Shown in pieces: positions 14,401-31,795 of a stretch of 64,000 nucleotides of DNA. The stretch's first letter is position 1. Every line of letters starts with the position of its first letter. The stretch lies in assembly GCF_009914755.1 (NCBI RefSeq), contig NC_060944.1; one strand, 5' to 3'. The notes under the pieces are model-generated. The model was not told where the DNA came from and did no database searches. It worked only from the letters and a program-made list of their open reading frames with translations. A program made the translations under genes and the position numbers. The DNA is from the human T2T-CHM13v2.0 reference genome, Homo sapiens.

Positions 14401-15775
14401 ATGCTCAAGAGATTATTAAACCTGGAACAAAAGGATAAAATCTACCACCATGAAAACACACTGGAGTATATAACTCACTGGTAGAAGAAACAAACATATG
14501 AGGGAGAAAAAAGACTATGTTGGCAGTATGGAAAACTACTAAATCATAAAGATAAAAAATAAAATACAAAGGATATAGAAAACAATCAGAAAACAATTGT
14601 ATTCAAGCTGCATGTTAGACCAAATGAACTTAACAGATATTAACAGAACACTTTATTCAACAGCTACAGAATACACATTCTTCTCATCAGCACATAGAAT
14701 ATTATCCAGAATAGATAGGCATAAAACAAGCCTCAACAAATTTAAATACCTGACATCAAAATCATGTCCGGTATTTTCTCTAAGCACAATGAAATAAAAC
14801 TAGAAATCAATAACAAGATAAATTTTGCAAACTGTACAAATACATAAAAATTAATCAACATGCTCTTGAAAGACCACCTCGTTAATAAAGAAGTTAAGAA
14901 ATAATTTTTTAAAAAAAGTCTTCACACTAATTAAATGGAAACACAACATACCAAAACCTATGGGATACAGCAAAAGCAGTGCTAAAAGGAAACTCTCATA
15001 CACTGTTGTTGGAAATGTAAATAAGCATAACCACTATGGAGAATACTATGGATATTTCTTTAAAAACTAGAAATAGAATTATTATACAATCTAGCAATCT
15101 CCTTAATGGGTATTTACCCAAAGGAAAGGAAATACATATAACAAAGGAATACATGCATCTCATGTTTATTGCAGCAGTATTTACAATATTGAAGGTATGG
15201 AATCAACCTAAGTGTCCATCAGTGGATAAGTGGATAAAGAAAAATGTGGTATATTTACACAATGAAATACAGCCATAAAAAAGAATGAAATCATGTCATT
15301 TGCACCAACATGGATGGAACTGGTGGTTATTCTTCTAAGTGAAATAAGCCAGACACAGAAAGACAAATGTTGAATGCTCTCACTCATATGTGGGAGATAA
15401 AAAAGTTGATCTCATGGATAGAGAGTAGAATGATAGTTACTAGAGGCTAGGAAGGATGTGTATGCAGGGTGGCAGGAGGAAGAGATGAAGGGAGATTGGT
15501 TAATGGGTACAAACATAAAATTAAACAGAAGGAATAAGTTCTAATGTTCAATAGTAGAGTAGTGTGACAATAGTTAACAACAATGTATTGTATATTTCAA
15601 ATAGCCAGAAGTGAGGACTTGAAGTGTTCCCAACACATAGAAATAATACATGTTCATGATGATTATCCTAACTAGCCTGACTCGACCATTACACATTCTA
15701 CGCATGTGACAAAATATCACATGTACCCCATAATACCTACAAATATGATGTATCAATTAAAAAGTAAATTTAAAG
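11415..15775 (+). mobile_element. Old L1 (L1M/L1MA-type): long 5'UTR, degenerate ORF1, ORF2 with two large internal deletions, 3'UTR
   Basis: caagatggc start, GC-richer 5'UTR to about 13300, A-rich ORF1 (gcagatttctcagcagaaacc), endonuclease fragment (TEYTFFSSAH), ORF2 C-terminus (WNQPKCPSVDKWIKK) and L1MA-like 3'UTR. Confidence 0.88.
12518..12551. repeat. (CA)n microsatellite, interrupted
   Basis: gacacacacacacacacacacagacacacacaca. Confidence 0.95.
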
Positions 15776-16500
15776 CTATTAAAAGGAGAAACGACTAACA
15801 GAAATTTTTTAAAAATCAAAACTTAAGGTAGGTGGAAGTAGGTTAAATCTTCAAAACACTCACCAACCTCACTCCTTTGGATTTCTGCTTTTACTGTTTT
15901 GAACAATGAAGACTCCCGTATTTTCATAACTTAGAAATGCATTTACAATATTTTTAACTGTCTTTGCATGAGAGAATGTTCATTTTATTAATTCACTTGA
16001 GTCACCATACTGCAAGCTGAGGAAGTTGCCTCTTCCTTGAATGAAGAATGCTAATAATGTTTAGATTCTCTTTGATTATCTTCACTTTCTAATTGAGAGT
16101 GGATAAAATTCCCTCCCGGGTTTCCAACATTTCCATATACATTACCGCTATTCACATTTCAGAGTCTGGTAGATATTCACTCGATGGCACTGCTGGACCA
16201 AGGCTCTCTGGCCGCCCCAGGAAGAAATTTCATGAAATAGTGAAAATTGCGTGTTCACATTGGTATACGCTCTGAATTTCTAAGCTAATGATAGGAAATG
16301 GTGAAAGCCAAGCTTCTTCTTGTCTAAATCAACCAATGATTATTTCATAATTACGTCCTATCTTACTCTTTCTTCGGTTAGCAGAAACCTTTAACCCTGG
16401 CAAAACATAGTAATGCTGTACTTTCAATACTATGACAATTCCATTCCCTTTTTATTTGGGGATGGGGGTCTACCGTAAAGACGTTTTAAAAAGAATTCTA

Positions 16501-17131
<631 letters not shown>

Positions 17132-18162
17132 CTAATGAGACACTACCTGGTGTAGAATTAGGGTCCACAGGAATATCCTAACCCCATATAGATCTGAGGC
17201 TGTGATACATCAATTGGCAAAGAATTTTAGCTTCCCCCAAACAGCTGAGCTTAACTTAATGTAAAACAATTGGGGTGCATTGAATACATTTTCTTGTTGT
17301 AGACTTATGTACAGAAAATAACCACGAGAGTTATTATTTAATGGACACTTTTTCCACATTACTACTGAAAAATACCATATTCCACCCCATCCCCACCTCC
17401 TCATACAGGATAATGTTCATTAAAAGGGCTGCATTTTTTTAATTATCAAAATACAGATGAAACAAGAAAAAAATATACTTAAGGCTAGGTTTGAGGAAAA
17501 AAAGGACATTGGCAATATAACGTTTTAAGGTGTTACCTGTGTACAGAAAGATATTCAAACTGCATAAAAGCCCTGTCTGTAAGAAAAGGCCAAACTATAC
17601 AAATATATTTTAAGCAGATTGAGTCAGAAACAATGGCAAAAAGCTATACTATAGTGAGAAAGCTGCCATGTACCTGGAGGACAGGATTTACCCCACAGTA
17701 TTACCATATTTGTGGTATGGTGTAAAATCACTGAAGATTAGAACCTCATGCCCATTTTCAGAGGATAAAACTGGGGCCCATAGAGGTTATGTGTTTTGGC
17801 CAATTTTCTCATCGCAGGTAAACACACTTTAAAGAACGATTGTCCTGCATCCCTGTGCCAGAGACTGAGATGACCCTGGCTATAATGTCTGTTTGGCTTA
17901 GTTGTTTATACTGTTTATGGTGAATGATGAAGATATTAGCTTGTTGGCGAATCGTGGGCCTGCTTTTTCTAATGAATTCAATTTGGTACAATGAAATGTT
18001 CTTTTGGGAAGGAAGCCAATGCTGTAGCAGCTAAAGTTGGGTATGAAATAATGAAATAATGGGAGAAATTTTGAAGGATACGTATACAAGTTTCCAAGTG
18101 ATATGTTTGCTGGAGAAGGCCAGGCGGAAAGGCATGCAATGGAGTGGATTACACTGTACTGT

Positions 18163-18893
18163 TCTGCGGTGAGCAGATATATGGAAACCTACCCCCAAAG
18201 GCTGAGGGAGCTAAGAGGCTGAAGAAAGTGGATGACAGTTTCAGTTTCTCAGAAGGAAACGTGATGAAGCTGGAGGTCATTATCTTAAGTGAAATAATTC
18301 AGAAGCAGAAAATAAAATATCACATGTTCTCACTTATAAGGGGGAGCTAAACACTAGGTACTTGTGGACATATAGAGGGGAATCACAGACTCTGAGGACT
18401 CCAGAAGGGGGAAGAATGGGCAGAGGATGAGGGTTTAAAAATTACCTGTTGGGTACAATGTTCACTATTCAGGTGATGGGTACACTGGAAGCTCTAACTT
18501 CAACATTACACAATATATGCATATTATAAGCCTGCACATATACTGTTCAAATCTATAATAAAAAATTAATAATAATAATAATAATAGGGACTTATGAAAA
18601 GAAACAATGTCTCAGGCGGCCATGAGACAGTGGATCCCTGTACCTCCAGAAAATATTTTTTATATAGAAAGCTTTTAGTGATAAAAAAAAAAAAAATAGG
18701 CAGCTGGTCATGTTGCAGACTTTCTTGCAAAATTTGTGATGATTGGGTAGGCTAGAAAGGCATTTTATGAGGGGTTATTTATGCTACAGCACTGTTTAAA
18801 GACCTTGTTGCAGAAAACCTTGGTATTCAGGGGTCAAACATTAGTCATCATGGCAGTTTTGCTTCAAAATGGCATCACTCTTGCCATGCAACA
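18163..18893 (-). mobile_element. ERV1-class solo LTR (LTR19-like) split by an L1 3' fragment
   Basis: aaacctacccccaaaggctgag...tttctcagaaggaaac resumes as aatagggacttatgaa after the L1. Family and strand tentative. Confidence 0.6.
18261..18584 (+). mobile_element. 5'-truncated L1 (L1MA/L1PB-type) ORF2 end and 3'UTR with (AAT)n tail
   Basis: Translates to MKLEVIILSEIIQKQKIKYHMFSLIRGS*, followed by gggtacaatgttcactattcaggtgatgggtacac. Confidence 0.88.
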
Positions 18894-20328
18894 GTCTGTT
18901 TTTCTAAATGTATACAGATTCCATTTCCAAACTAAATCATCATTTCAAGGGGATAGTGTGTATCCCTAAGTGCTCAATACATACCTAAACAAAAAGGTAT
19001 TTATTGAACACTTAGGGAATACACACGCTATCCCTTTACTCTAGTTAATACTGTTAGCGCCCTCATGAACCTTACATTCTCATATAATTAATGCTTAATT
19101 TTTAATAGATTTGAATGTAATTTAATAGGCTTGATTATGATTTCTCATTTGGAAAAATGAGATAATACATCTAAAATGTTTTCAAGAAAGCTGAGACAGT
19201 TGTTTTAGTAAGTAAGAATATCAATTTCCAAATAGCTCTACAAAACACTGTTTTCTATATTTTTTTGTGCTTTCGCAGTACTAGCACATGGTAAACAGTC
19301 TCACTTCTTCCTGAGTGGCTAAAGGAAGAATACTCAGATACAAATTCAATGAATTTAAACAACTAATTTCACCTCATATTCTTACACCTATTTGTTTTAC
19401 TCCGAAGTTATAATAGAACTCTTTCTGTACCTAAGTGCTTTGACAGGCATTCTATCTAAATATTTAGACTAACACACAAACAGCTGGGCTGGAAGGCTTC
19501 TTTTCACAGAACTCAATTCCATTTATTTTATTCTCTATAATGACATGATGGAAGAAAGTGCATTTCAAATGACAGTTATAAAGTAGAGGAGAAACACTAC
19601 ATATATTTTTACTGGGCATGGAGAAGGGATAAGAGAAATGTTCCCTACACTACTGGCTGCAACTTCCTTTTGTCATTATATTTCCCTTCAACTTTATTGA
19701 GGTATGGTTGTCAGCTAAAAATTATGTGTATTTCAAGTGTAAAAATTAATGACTTGATATACATTGTGAAATATTCAATGCAATCAAGTGAATTAACATA
19801 TCAATCTTCTCACATAGTTACTGTGTATGTGTGGGGGCGAGGGTTGCTAAGAAAACTGAAGATCTATCCTTTTAGCAAATTTCAAGTATAAAATACGATA
19901 CTGTTAATTACAGTTATACTGTTGTATATTAGATCTCCAGAACTTACTTATCTTGCATAACTGAAAAATTTTGACCAACATTTTCACATTTTCCTCTATC
20001 CCCAGCCCCCAGTAACTACTATTTTACTCTCTATTTTTATGAGTTACGCATTTTTACATTTCACATATAGATAATATCAGGCATATAAATCAGGCAGGAT
20101 TTTTTTTCTTTGTCTGGCTTATTTTACTTAGGATAATGTACTCCACTTTCATCTATATTGTCATAAATGGCAGGATTTCCTTCTTTAAGACTGAATAAAA
20201 TTCCATTGTGTTATATATAACACATGTTTTATTTATTCATCCATCTATAGACATTTATGTTGTTTCCATAATTTGGCTATTGTGAATAATGATTAAATGA
20301 ACATGACAATGCAAATATCTCTGATATA

Positions 20329-20559
20329 CTGGGCTCACGCAATCCTCCCACCTCAGTTTCCCAAGTAGCTGGGACTATAGGTGCATACCACCATACCCGG
20401 CTAATTTTTTTTGTTTTGTTTTGTTTTTTGTTTGTTTTTAGAGATAGGGTTTCACCATGTTGCCAAGGCTAGTCTTGGACTTCTGGGCTCAAGTGGCTCA
20501 AGTGAGACCTCAGCCTCCCAAAGTGCTGGGATTACAGGCATGAACCACTGCACCTGGTC
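20329..20559 (-). mobile_element. AluJ-like element lacking its 3' end and poly(A)
   Basis: gggctcacgcaatcctcccacctcag...cccaaagtgctgggattacaggcatgaaccactgcacctgg. Confidence 0.85.
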
Positions 20560-23500
20560 TATATGTCTTCTTCAATTTCTTTCATCAATATGTTGTAGTT
20601 CTCAATATAATGATTTTCTTTTATCTCCTTGCTTATTTCCAGGTATCTTGATTTATTTTGTAGCCATTGTAAATGGAATTATTTTCTTATTTTTCCAGGT
20701 AGTTTGCTATTAGTGTATAAAACTGCTACTAATTTTTGTATATAGATTTTTTATCAGCTTTCCTGAATTTATTCATTTGTTCTAATAGAGTTTTTTTTTT
20801 GGTGAAGACTTTCGGTTTTTTAAATATAAGATTATGTCATTTGCAATCAAGGACAATTGACTCCTCCTTTCCAATATGGATGCCTTTTATTTCTTTCTCT
20901 TGCATAATTGCTCTGGCTAGTACTTACAGTACTATGTTGAATAGGAGTGGGGTGAAACTGGGGATCCATGTATTGTTCCTCATCATAGAGTAAAAGCTCC
21001 TAGCTTTTCCTTTTTCAGTATGATGTTAGCTGTGGTTTTGTCATATATGGCCTTAATTATTTTGAGGTACATAAACAAGTTCTGTACCTAATTTGTTGGG
21101 GATTTTTATCATAAAGTGATGTTAAATTTTGTCAAATACTTTTTCTATTTCTATTGAAATGATAATATAGTTTTTATATTTTATACACACTACGAGGTGT
21201 ATCACATTTATTGATTTGTGTATGTTGAACCATTCTTGCATGATTGGAATGAACCTCACTTGATTATAGTAATGATGTTTTTAGTGTGCTGTTGGATTCA
21301 GTTTGCTAGTATTATGTTGATAATTTTTGCATATGTGTTTATCAGGGATATTGCCTATAGATTTCTTTTTTGTTTTATTCTTGCCTAGTTTTGAAATCGA
21401 GGTAATGCTAGCATTATAAAATAAGCCTTGGAAGTATTTCCTTCTCTTTAATTTTGAGAAATAATTTTAGAATAATTGGTATTTATTCTTGAAATGTATG
21501 CTAGAATTCAGCAAGGAAGCCATCAGGTCAGATCCTGGGGTTTTCTTTTTGATAGAAGACTTTTATAACTCCTTTTACTTTCCCACTCACTGTTGTTTTG
21601 TTGACATTTTATATTTCTTCATAATTGAATCTTTCAATTAGGTCTTTAAATCTTTAATCTTTCAAGAAGGTTCTGTGTACCCAGTATTTATTCATTTCTT
21701 CTATGTTCTCAAATTTGTATAGTTGTTCATAATAATCTCCTACTATCCTTTGTATTTCTGTGATATCAGTTGTAATGTCTCCTTTCACAACTCTGATTTT
21801 ATTTACTTAGGCCTTTTATCTTTTGTCCTTAGGTAGCTTAGTTAAAGGTTTGTCAATTTTATGTTTCTTTTTTAGAAACAACTTTTTGTTCTGTTGATCT
21901 TTTTAAAATTGACTTTTTAGTCTCTTTTGCTTATTTCTTGTCTGAACTCTATTATTTCCTTTCTTCTATCAGTTTTCAGTTTAGTTTATTTTGTTTTTCT
22001 AGTTCCTTGAGTTGCATGGTTAGTTTATGAGAAATGTTTCTTCTTTGCTGATGCAGACACTTAGTGCTCTGAATTTTCCTCTTAGAACTGCTTTTGCTGT
22101 GTCCCATAAGTTTTTGTATGATGTTTTTATTGTCATATGTCTCAAATAATTTTTTAAATTATCTTTTGATGTACTCCTGACTTATTGGTTGTTTGGGAGC
22201 ATGTTGTTAATTTTCATGTGTTTATAAGGCTTCCAAAGTTGCTCTTGTTGTTGATCTCTAGTTTGATTCCTTTTGTTATAAAAAGATACTTGATATGATC
22301 TCTAGCTTCTTCAATTTGTTAAGACATTGTTTTATGATCTAACATATGATTTATCCCACAGAAGATTCCATTTGCAATTAAGGAGAATGTGTGTTATGCA
22401 GCTGTTGAATGGAATATCCTGTAAATGTCTTTTAGATTAATTTGGTCTATGGTTTAATTCCAATGTTTCTTTGTTGATCTTCTGTCTAAATGATCTGACC
22501 ATTGTTGAAAATAGTGTATTAAGATGCCCTAGTAATGTTGTATTGAAGTCTATCTCTCCCTTTACATCTATTAATGTTTATATATTGGATGCTCCAAAGT
22601 TGAGTACATATACTTGCTATGTCCTCTTGTTGGACTGATTTTTTTTATCATTATAAAGTAACTTTTCTGTCTTTTTTAGTGTTTGACTTAAAGTTTCTTT
22701 TATTTGACATAAGTGTGGCTAATCCTGCTCACTTTTAGTTTCTATTTGCATGGAATATGTTTTTCTATCTTTTCACTTTCAATTTATGTTTTTAACCATG
22801 AGATAAATCTCATAAGCAGCATACATATGAGTCTTGTTTTTGTTTCTTTTTAAAAATGCAATTAGCCACTCTAAATCTGTTAATTTAATAATTTAATCCA
22901 TTTATATTTAAGGTTATTATTGATAGGGAAAGACTTACTCCTGCCATTTTGTTAATCTTTTTTGGTTGTTTCATTTATTTTCTGTTCTTTCTTCCTCTCT
23001 CGTTATTTACCTCTGTGGCTTGGTGGTTTTCTATGCTGCTAAGCTTTATTTTCTTTTTCTTTCTCACTTGTATATCTGCTATAATTTATCTGTTTGTGGT
23101 TACCGTGGGGTTAACATAAACAGTCTTGTAGTTCTAGTAGACTGTTTTAAGCTGACATCAACGTCACTTAGGTTGCATAAAAATACTCTAGACTTTTTCC
23201 CTTCTCCCCGATTTGATTTTTGGTGCCCTTAATTTGTGTATTTGTCTTTTATGTGTTCTTGTTTCACTAATTTTAGCTGTTAAAGTTTTTGAGCTTTTTG
23301 GCTTTAAAACTTCATGCTAGAAAATTAAAATAGTGACATAGCATCATTCCAACCCTGAGTTATTTTGAGTATGATTATAGATATGCCTATATTGATGAGT
23401 TATATACTTTCACATATTTTTGTGATAGTAATTATCATCCTTTTGTCTTCTGTTTTAGCACTCCCTTAAGCATTTCTTCCAAGACCTGCCTAGTGATGAT

Positions 23501-24106
23501 GAATTCCCTCTGTTTTTGCTTATCTTGGAAGGTCTTTATCTCTCTTTTGTTTCTGAAGAGTAGCTTTTCCAGATACAGTATTCTCTGCTGAGTTCTTTTT
23601 TCTTTCAGCACTTTGAGTATATCATTTTATTTTTTTCTAGCCCTGAAAGTTTTCTTCTGAGAAATCTCTAATATTCTAATGAGCATTCCCTTATATGTGA
23701 CTTGATGTTTTTTCTCTTCCAGCTTTTAGAATTCTCTTTGTCTTTGACTTTTCACAGTTGAATTATAGTGTGCCTCAAGCAGGATCTTTTGGAGGTTGAA
23801 TCTGATTGAGGGTCCTCAGTGGTCAAGGCAGTGGGTGTATATGCAATGATGGTGAGAACTCTTTCAGGGAAACTTATGGGCCAGGAGGAGTTCCCTCTCA
23901 GTGCTGAGATGTGCCAGCCTGGAAATGGGGTGATGGACCTTTGAGTTTCCTAGATCTAGATGTCCATATCTCTCCCAAGACTTAGGAAGTATTTAGCTAT
24001 TAGTTTGTTAAACCAGTTTTATTTCTATAATTCCTGTTTTTCTCCCTCTGGCATTCCTATAATATGAGCACTTGTTCACTTCATAGTGTCTCAGAATTCC
24101 CATAGG

Positions 24107-24402
24107 GTTTTTGTTTGTTTGTTTGTTTGTTTTGACAGGGTCTGGCTCTGTCACTCAGGTGGCACCATCTTGGCTCACTGCAGCCTCAACCTCAACCAAG
24201 CACAAACAATCCTCCCACCTTGGCCTCCCAAGTAGCTGGGACTACAGGTGTGCGCCACCACGTCCAGCTAATTTTTCTGTTTTGTGTAGAGATGGGGTTT
24301 GTCATGTTGCCCAGGCTGGTCTCAAACTCCTGAGTGCAAGTGATCTGCCCACACTGGCCTCCCAAAGTGCTGAGATTACAGATGTGAGCCACTGTGCCTG
24401 GC
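24107..24402 (-). mobile_element. AluJ-like element
   Basis: (TTTG)n tail, gacagggtctggctctgtc, degenerate TSD catagggtttt / aataggctttt. Confidence 0.9.
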
Positions 24403-25611
24403 ATCAATAGGCTTTTAAAATTCTTCTATATATCATTTGAGGTCAACACCAGCAAAGATTATGGGAGTTCTCAGTGGCCAAGGTTGTGGGTGCGTGCAGT
24501 GGTGGTGAGGGCTGTTGGAGTCCTCTGTGGTGAAGGCTCCATGAGTCCACTTGTTTTCTTTTCCCTAACGGCAGAAGTTAATGGCTAATGGGATTCCTTT
24601 TGGCACCAGGTTTGGAACGTGGGCACACTTGTGTTGGCAGTGGCACCAGTGGCCAAGGATCAGGCTCCCATTACAGCAGTGGCACAAGTGTGCAAGGCAC
24701 AGCTGCTCACAGACCAGCCACAGAGCTAGGGTCAGGAGCATGGGTATGCATGGGTGGGCCATGCCCAGGTATGTTTGTGGCAGCAGTGGCAGGAGGTCAA
24801 GGATGCTGGTGGCTCCAGTCTGGGCTGGCACAGCAGTATCCCCTTCTCTTGTTTGGGGGCCAAGGGGGGTTTGTGGCAGCTGTAATGACTATTAAGGTTC
24901 TCAGCAATAAAGGCTGCTGTGGTCCCCAGTGGCAGCAACTGTGTGGCTGATACTGATAGCCCCTGCACTTCATGTTCCTAGCCATCTTTAAACACCTGCC
25001 CCAAAAGACTCGGCAAGCTGGTTGCTCACCTTGCTCTATTATTCTCCATGAGGAAAACTCATGGTTCAGGGAGGTCCCTCTCAGTGATGAGATAAGCCAG
25101 CCTGGAAATGGGATGATGGGAGCAAACTGAAACTGTTCTTACCACACTTTCAGTATGGTTGTTCCCATTTTTCTTTGCTCCACTGTGTTCCGTTTTTTTT
25201 CACTGGACTCCTGAACTTTTAGAGCTACTTGTGCTCATGGGTACATGTCTAATTATTTGCTGTGGGGCAAGGTAAAGGCTGGGATCTCCTACTCTGCCAT
25301 CTTGCTGATGTCACTCCTGAAATTGTTTTTTAAATTCCCTGAACAATGCCAACAATAATTTTCTCAATACTTCAAGGTCCATTTATGTTTTGCCTCCTCA
25401 ATAAAGCCTTACCTGGTTACTTTAGTACTTGCTTATCTTCTAATTCGTTGAGCTCTCTTACTAGCATAAAAACCTGTGCCAACAATTTAATTACTTAATT
25501 ATAAATGAAATCCTGTTGTTTTATATCCTTTTTCATTAAAACTATTTTCTATTACTCTGTAACAGGGACCACAGGATTCAATGAAAGTTAACTAGATCTG
25601 CCTGATTTTCA

Positions 25612-26047
25612 GTATCAGTCAGTTATTGCCGTGATGAGTCTGTGTAAACAATCATCTCAAAATTCTGGGCTTACAAGAGCAATCATTTATTCTCCCTCTC
25701 CAGCCTGAAAATTAGCTTGGAGTTAGCTAGGTGGCCCTCAGATTTGACAGCTCTGTTCCACAAGTTTATCATTTTTCTTACACCAGCAAGCTATCTGGGG
25801 CTTGATTTCCTCCTTGCTACAGCAGAAGCACAAGGAGGCAACTCCATGTGCACAGGCACATTTTAAGCCCTTGCTGGTATCATATCTGCTAATATTCCGT
25901 TGGTCACGCTAAATCACATGCTCAAGCCTGAAATTAAGGGTCAGGTAAATCTAGTCTGCCTGTAGAGAAAGAAACTGCAAAGTCACATGAAAAAGGAGTT
26001 GATTGTAGAAGGAGTCGGGAATTAGAGCCTTGTAATTCAAGCTACTA
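25612..26047 (-). mobile_element. MLT1 (old MaLR) solo LTR
   Basis: tatcagtcagttattgc...aatcatttattc...atctgctaatattccgttgg...aaatcacatgctcaagcc. Confidence 0.75.
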
Positions 26048-26859
26048 TTTTACCTACTAGTTATACAATCTTGGACACAACATCTATTCTCTCTAAATTT
26101 GGTGAACACTACTCTCTTTTTAGTGATAAATTTTTCCTGATCAGGTCAAGCTAATGAAATGAAGCATCTTGCACCATGCCTGGCATTTTCCTTACAAATT
26201 GCACCCAATATGTAAAGTACCTGATTAGCACTGCACTGGACTTCCTAATAGAGAGCTTCCCAGCCAAAGAGTGGATTGCTTAATGAAGCATGAAATAGGA
26301 GCAGAAAATGTTGAACCAAGGGCTGGGCAGCATGAGATAAAAACCTGAACCTCTGCCACCTCTTTGATTCTTTTCATATGGATTCTGAGCTCCCTCTCAT
26401 CCTATAAACTGAACATCCTATATGCTTATTTTTCTTGTTTTTGAAGCTAGGGCCTAGGCATATAATGAGATTCTGCCAGTCAATCCCACCCTTACCCATA
26501 GGTCTTTAACCTGTAGAGCTAGTGCTACTAAAAATAAAGGCCCACAAAGAGTACTTTGTTCGACAACTGTAGCTGCTGTGGCAATATCTGAAGCAGCATT
26601 AAAAGTAGTGTGAGACTTGGATGTGAATGCAGTAAGTCAAGTTTCTTGGAGTAGCAATAGGAACAACAAAGCATGCACCCATGTTAAGGACATAACAATA
26701 GCTATTTCTTCCACTAGTACATGGTTTGGGTATCACCCTTGGCTGCAAAGCTTTAAGTGTGGTTCTCTGGTGTTTCGTAAGCTATCCAGCATTATCTTTA
26801 AATTTGTATTTTCTACTTAAATATTATCTAGTTAATATCATAGCTTGCATTTATAGAGA

Positions 26860-28590
<1,731 letters not shown>

Positions 28591-28662
28591 CAGGAGAGAG
28601 AAAGAGCACACTGGTGAATATAAGACCCTTGACCCACTTGAAATCAGATCATATCACTCAAT

Positions 28663-28785
28663 TCTTTCCTCTTCCTCTGCCTTCTCCTCCTCCCCCTCTC
28701 TTCTTCTTCCTCCTCTTCCTCCTCCTCTTTCGCTTCTTCCTCCTCCCCCTTCTCTCTCTCCTCCTCCTCCTCCTCTTTCTTCTCT
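28663..28785. repeat. Polypyrimidine (CTT/CCT)n low-complexity tract
   Basis: About 120 nt of almost exclusively C/T. Confidence 0.95.
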
Positions 28786-29002
28786 GAACAATGAAGAGGA
28801 AAACAAATGACAGAATAAGAAATTGGGTATTGTTTACTTCTGTCAGATCTTTTATTTTGATACATCAGACTGGTATCAAAGATCCTTATTTTCTTCAGGT
28901 TTCTATCAGCTCAGACTGAGGCCTCACTCTACTTCATTGCCAAATATATTTAAGGACACAGGGAAGGTTTCCTCTCTGTGCAAGATTCTTTACCTTATTT
29001 AA

Positions 29003-31343
<2,341 letters not shown>

Positions 31344-31488
31344 TGTATAATACACCTATTACAAAAATCAATGTGATTGATCCTGAATGTAGGACTTTTC
31401 TGTTTGAATTTCTGGTTTATCTGAATAATGTTTAAAATTCCAAATATAAAACATCTGAAGACATTTAGCTTATAAAATCAAAAATTCT

Positions 31489-31795
31489 GGCCAGGCGTGG
31501 TGGCTCACACCTGTAATCCCAGCACTTTGTGTGACTGAGGCAAGAGGATCACTTGAGCCCAGGAATTTGAGTCCTGGGAAACAAAGTGAGACCCTGTCTC
31601 TACAAAAAAGAAAAATTTATAAAATTACCTGGGCCTACTGGTGCACGCCTGTAGTCTCAGCTACTCGGGAGGCTGAGGCAGAGGATCGCTTGAGCTCTGG
31701 AGGTCAAAGTTGCAGTAAGCTATGTTTGTGTCACTGCACAACAGCCTCGATGACTCAGCAAGACCCTGTCTCCCCAAAAATAAAATAATAAAATT
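31489..31795 (+). mobile_element. AluJ
   Basis: ggccaggcgtggtggctcacacc...gaggatcacttgagcccagga...gaccctgtctc followed by an A-rich tail. Confidence 0.92.

Larger units (their letters stand above)
19688..25318 (-). mobile_element. Old L1 (L1MA/MB-type), 5' end to 3' end with internal deletions, two Alu insertions and a composite 5'UTR insert
   Basis: The 5' end reads ggagtgacatcagcaagatggcagagtagg on the minus strand (25318-25289). Antisense ORF1/ORF2 motifs follow in order, and the 3' end is aactttattgagg at about 19690. Confidence 0.88.

Noticed and set aside
24394-24985. Overlapping ORFs on both strands
   Set aside because: This is the 5'UTR of the minus-strand old L1, so the ORFs are compositional artefacts.
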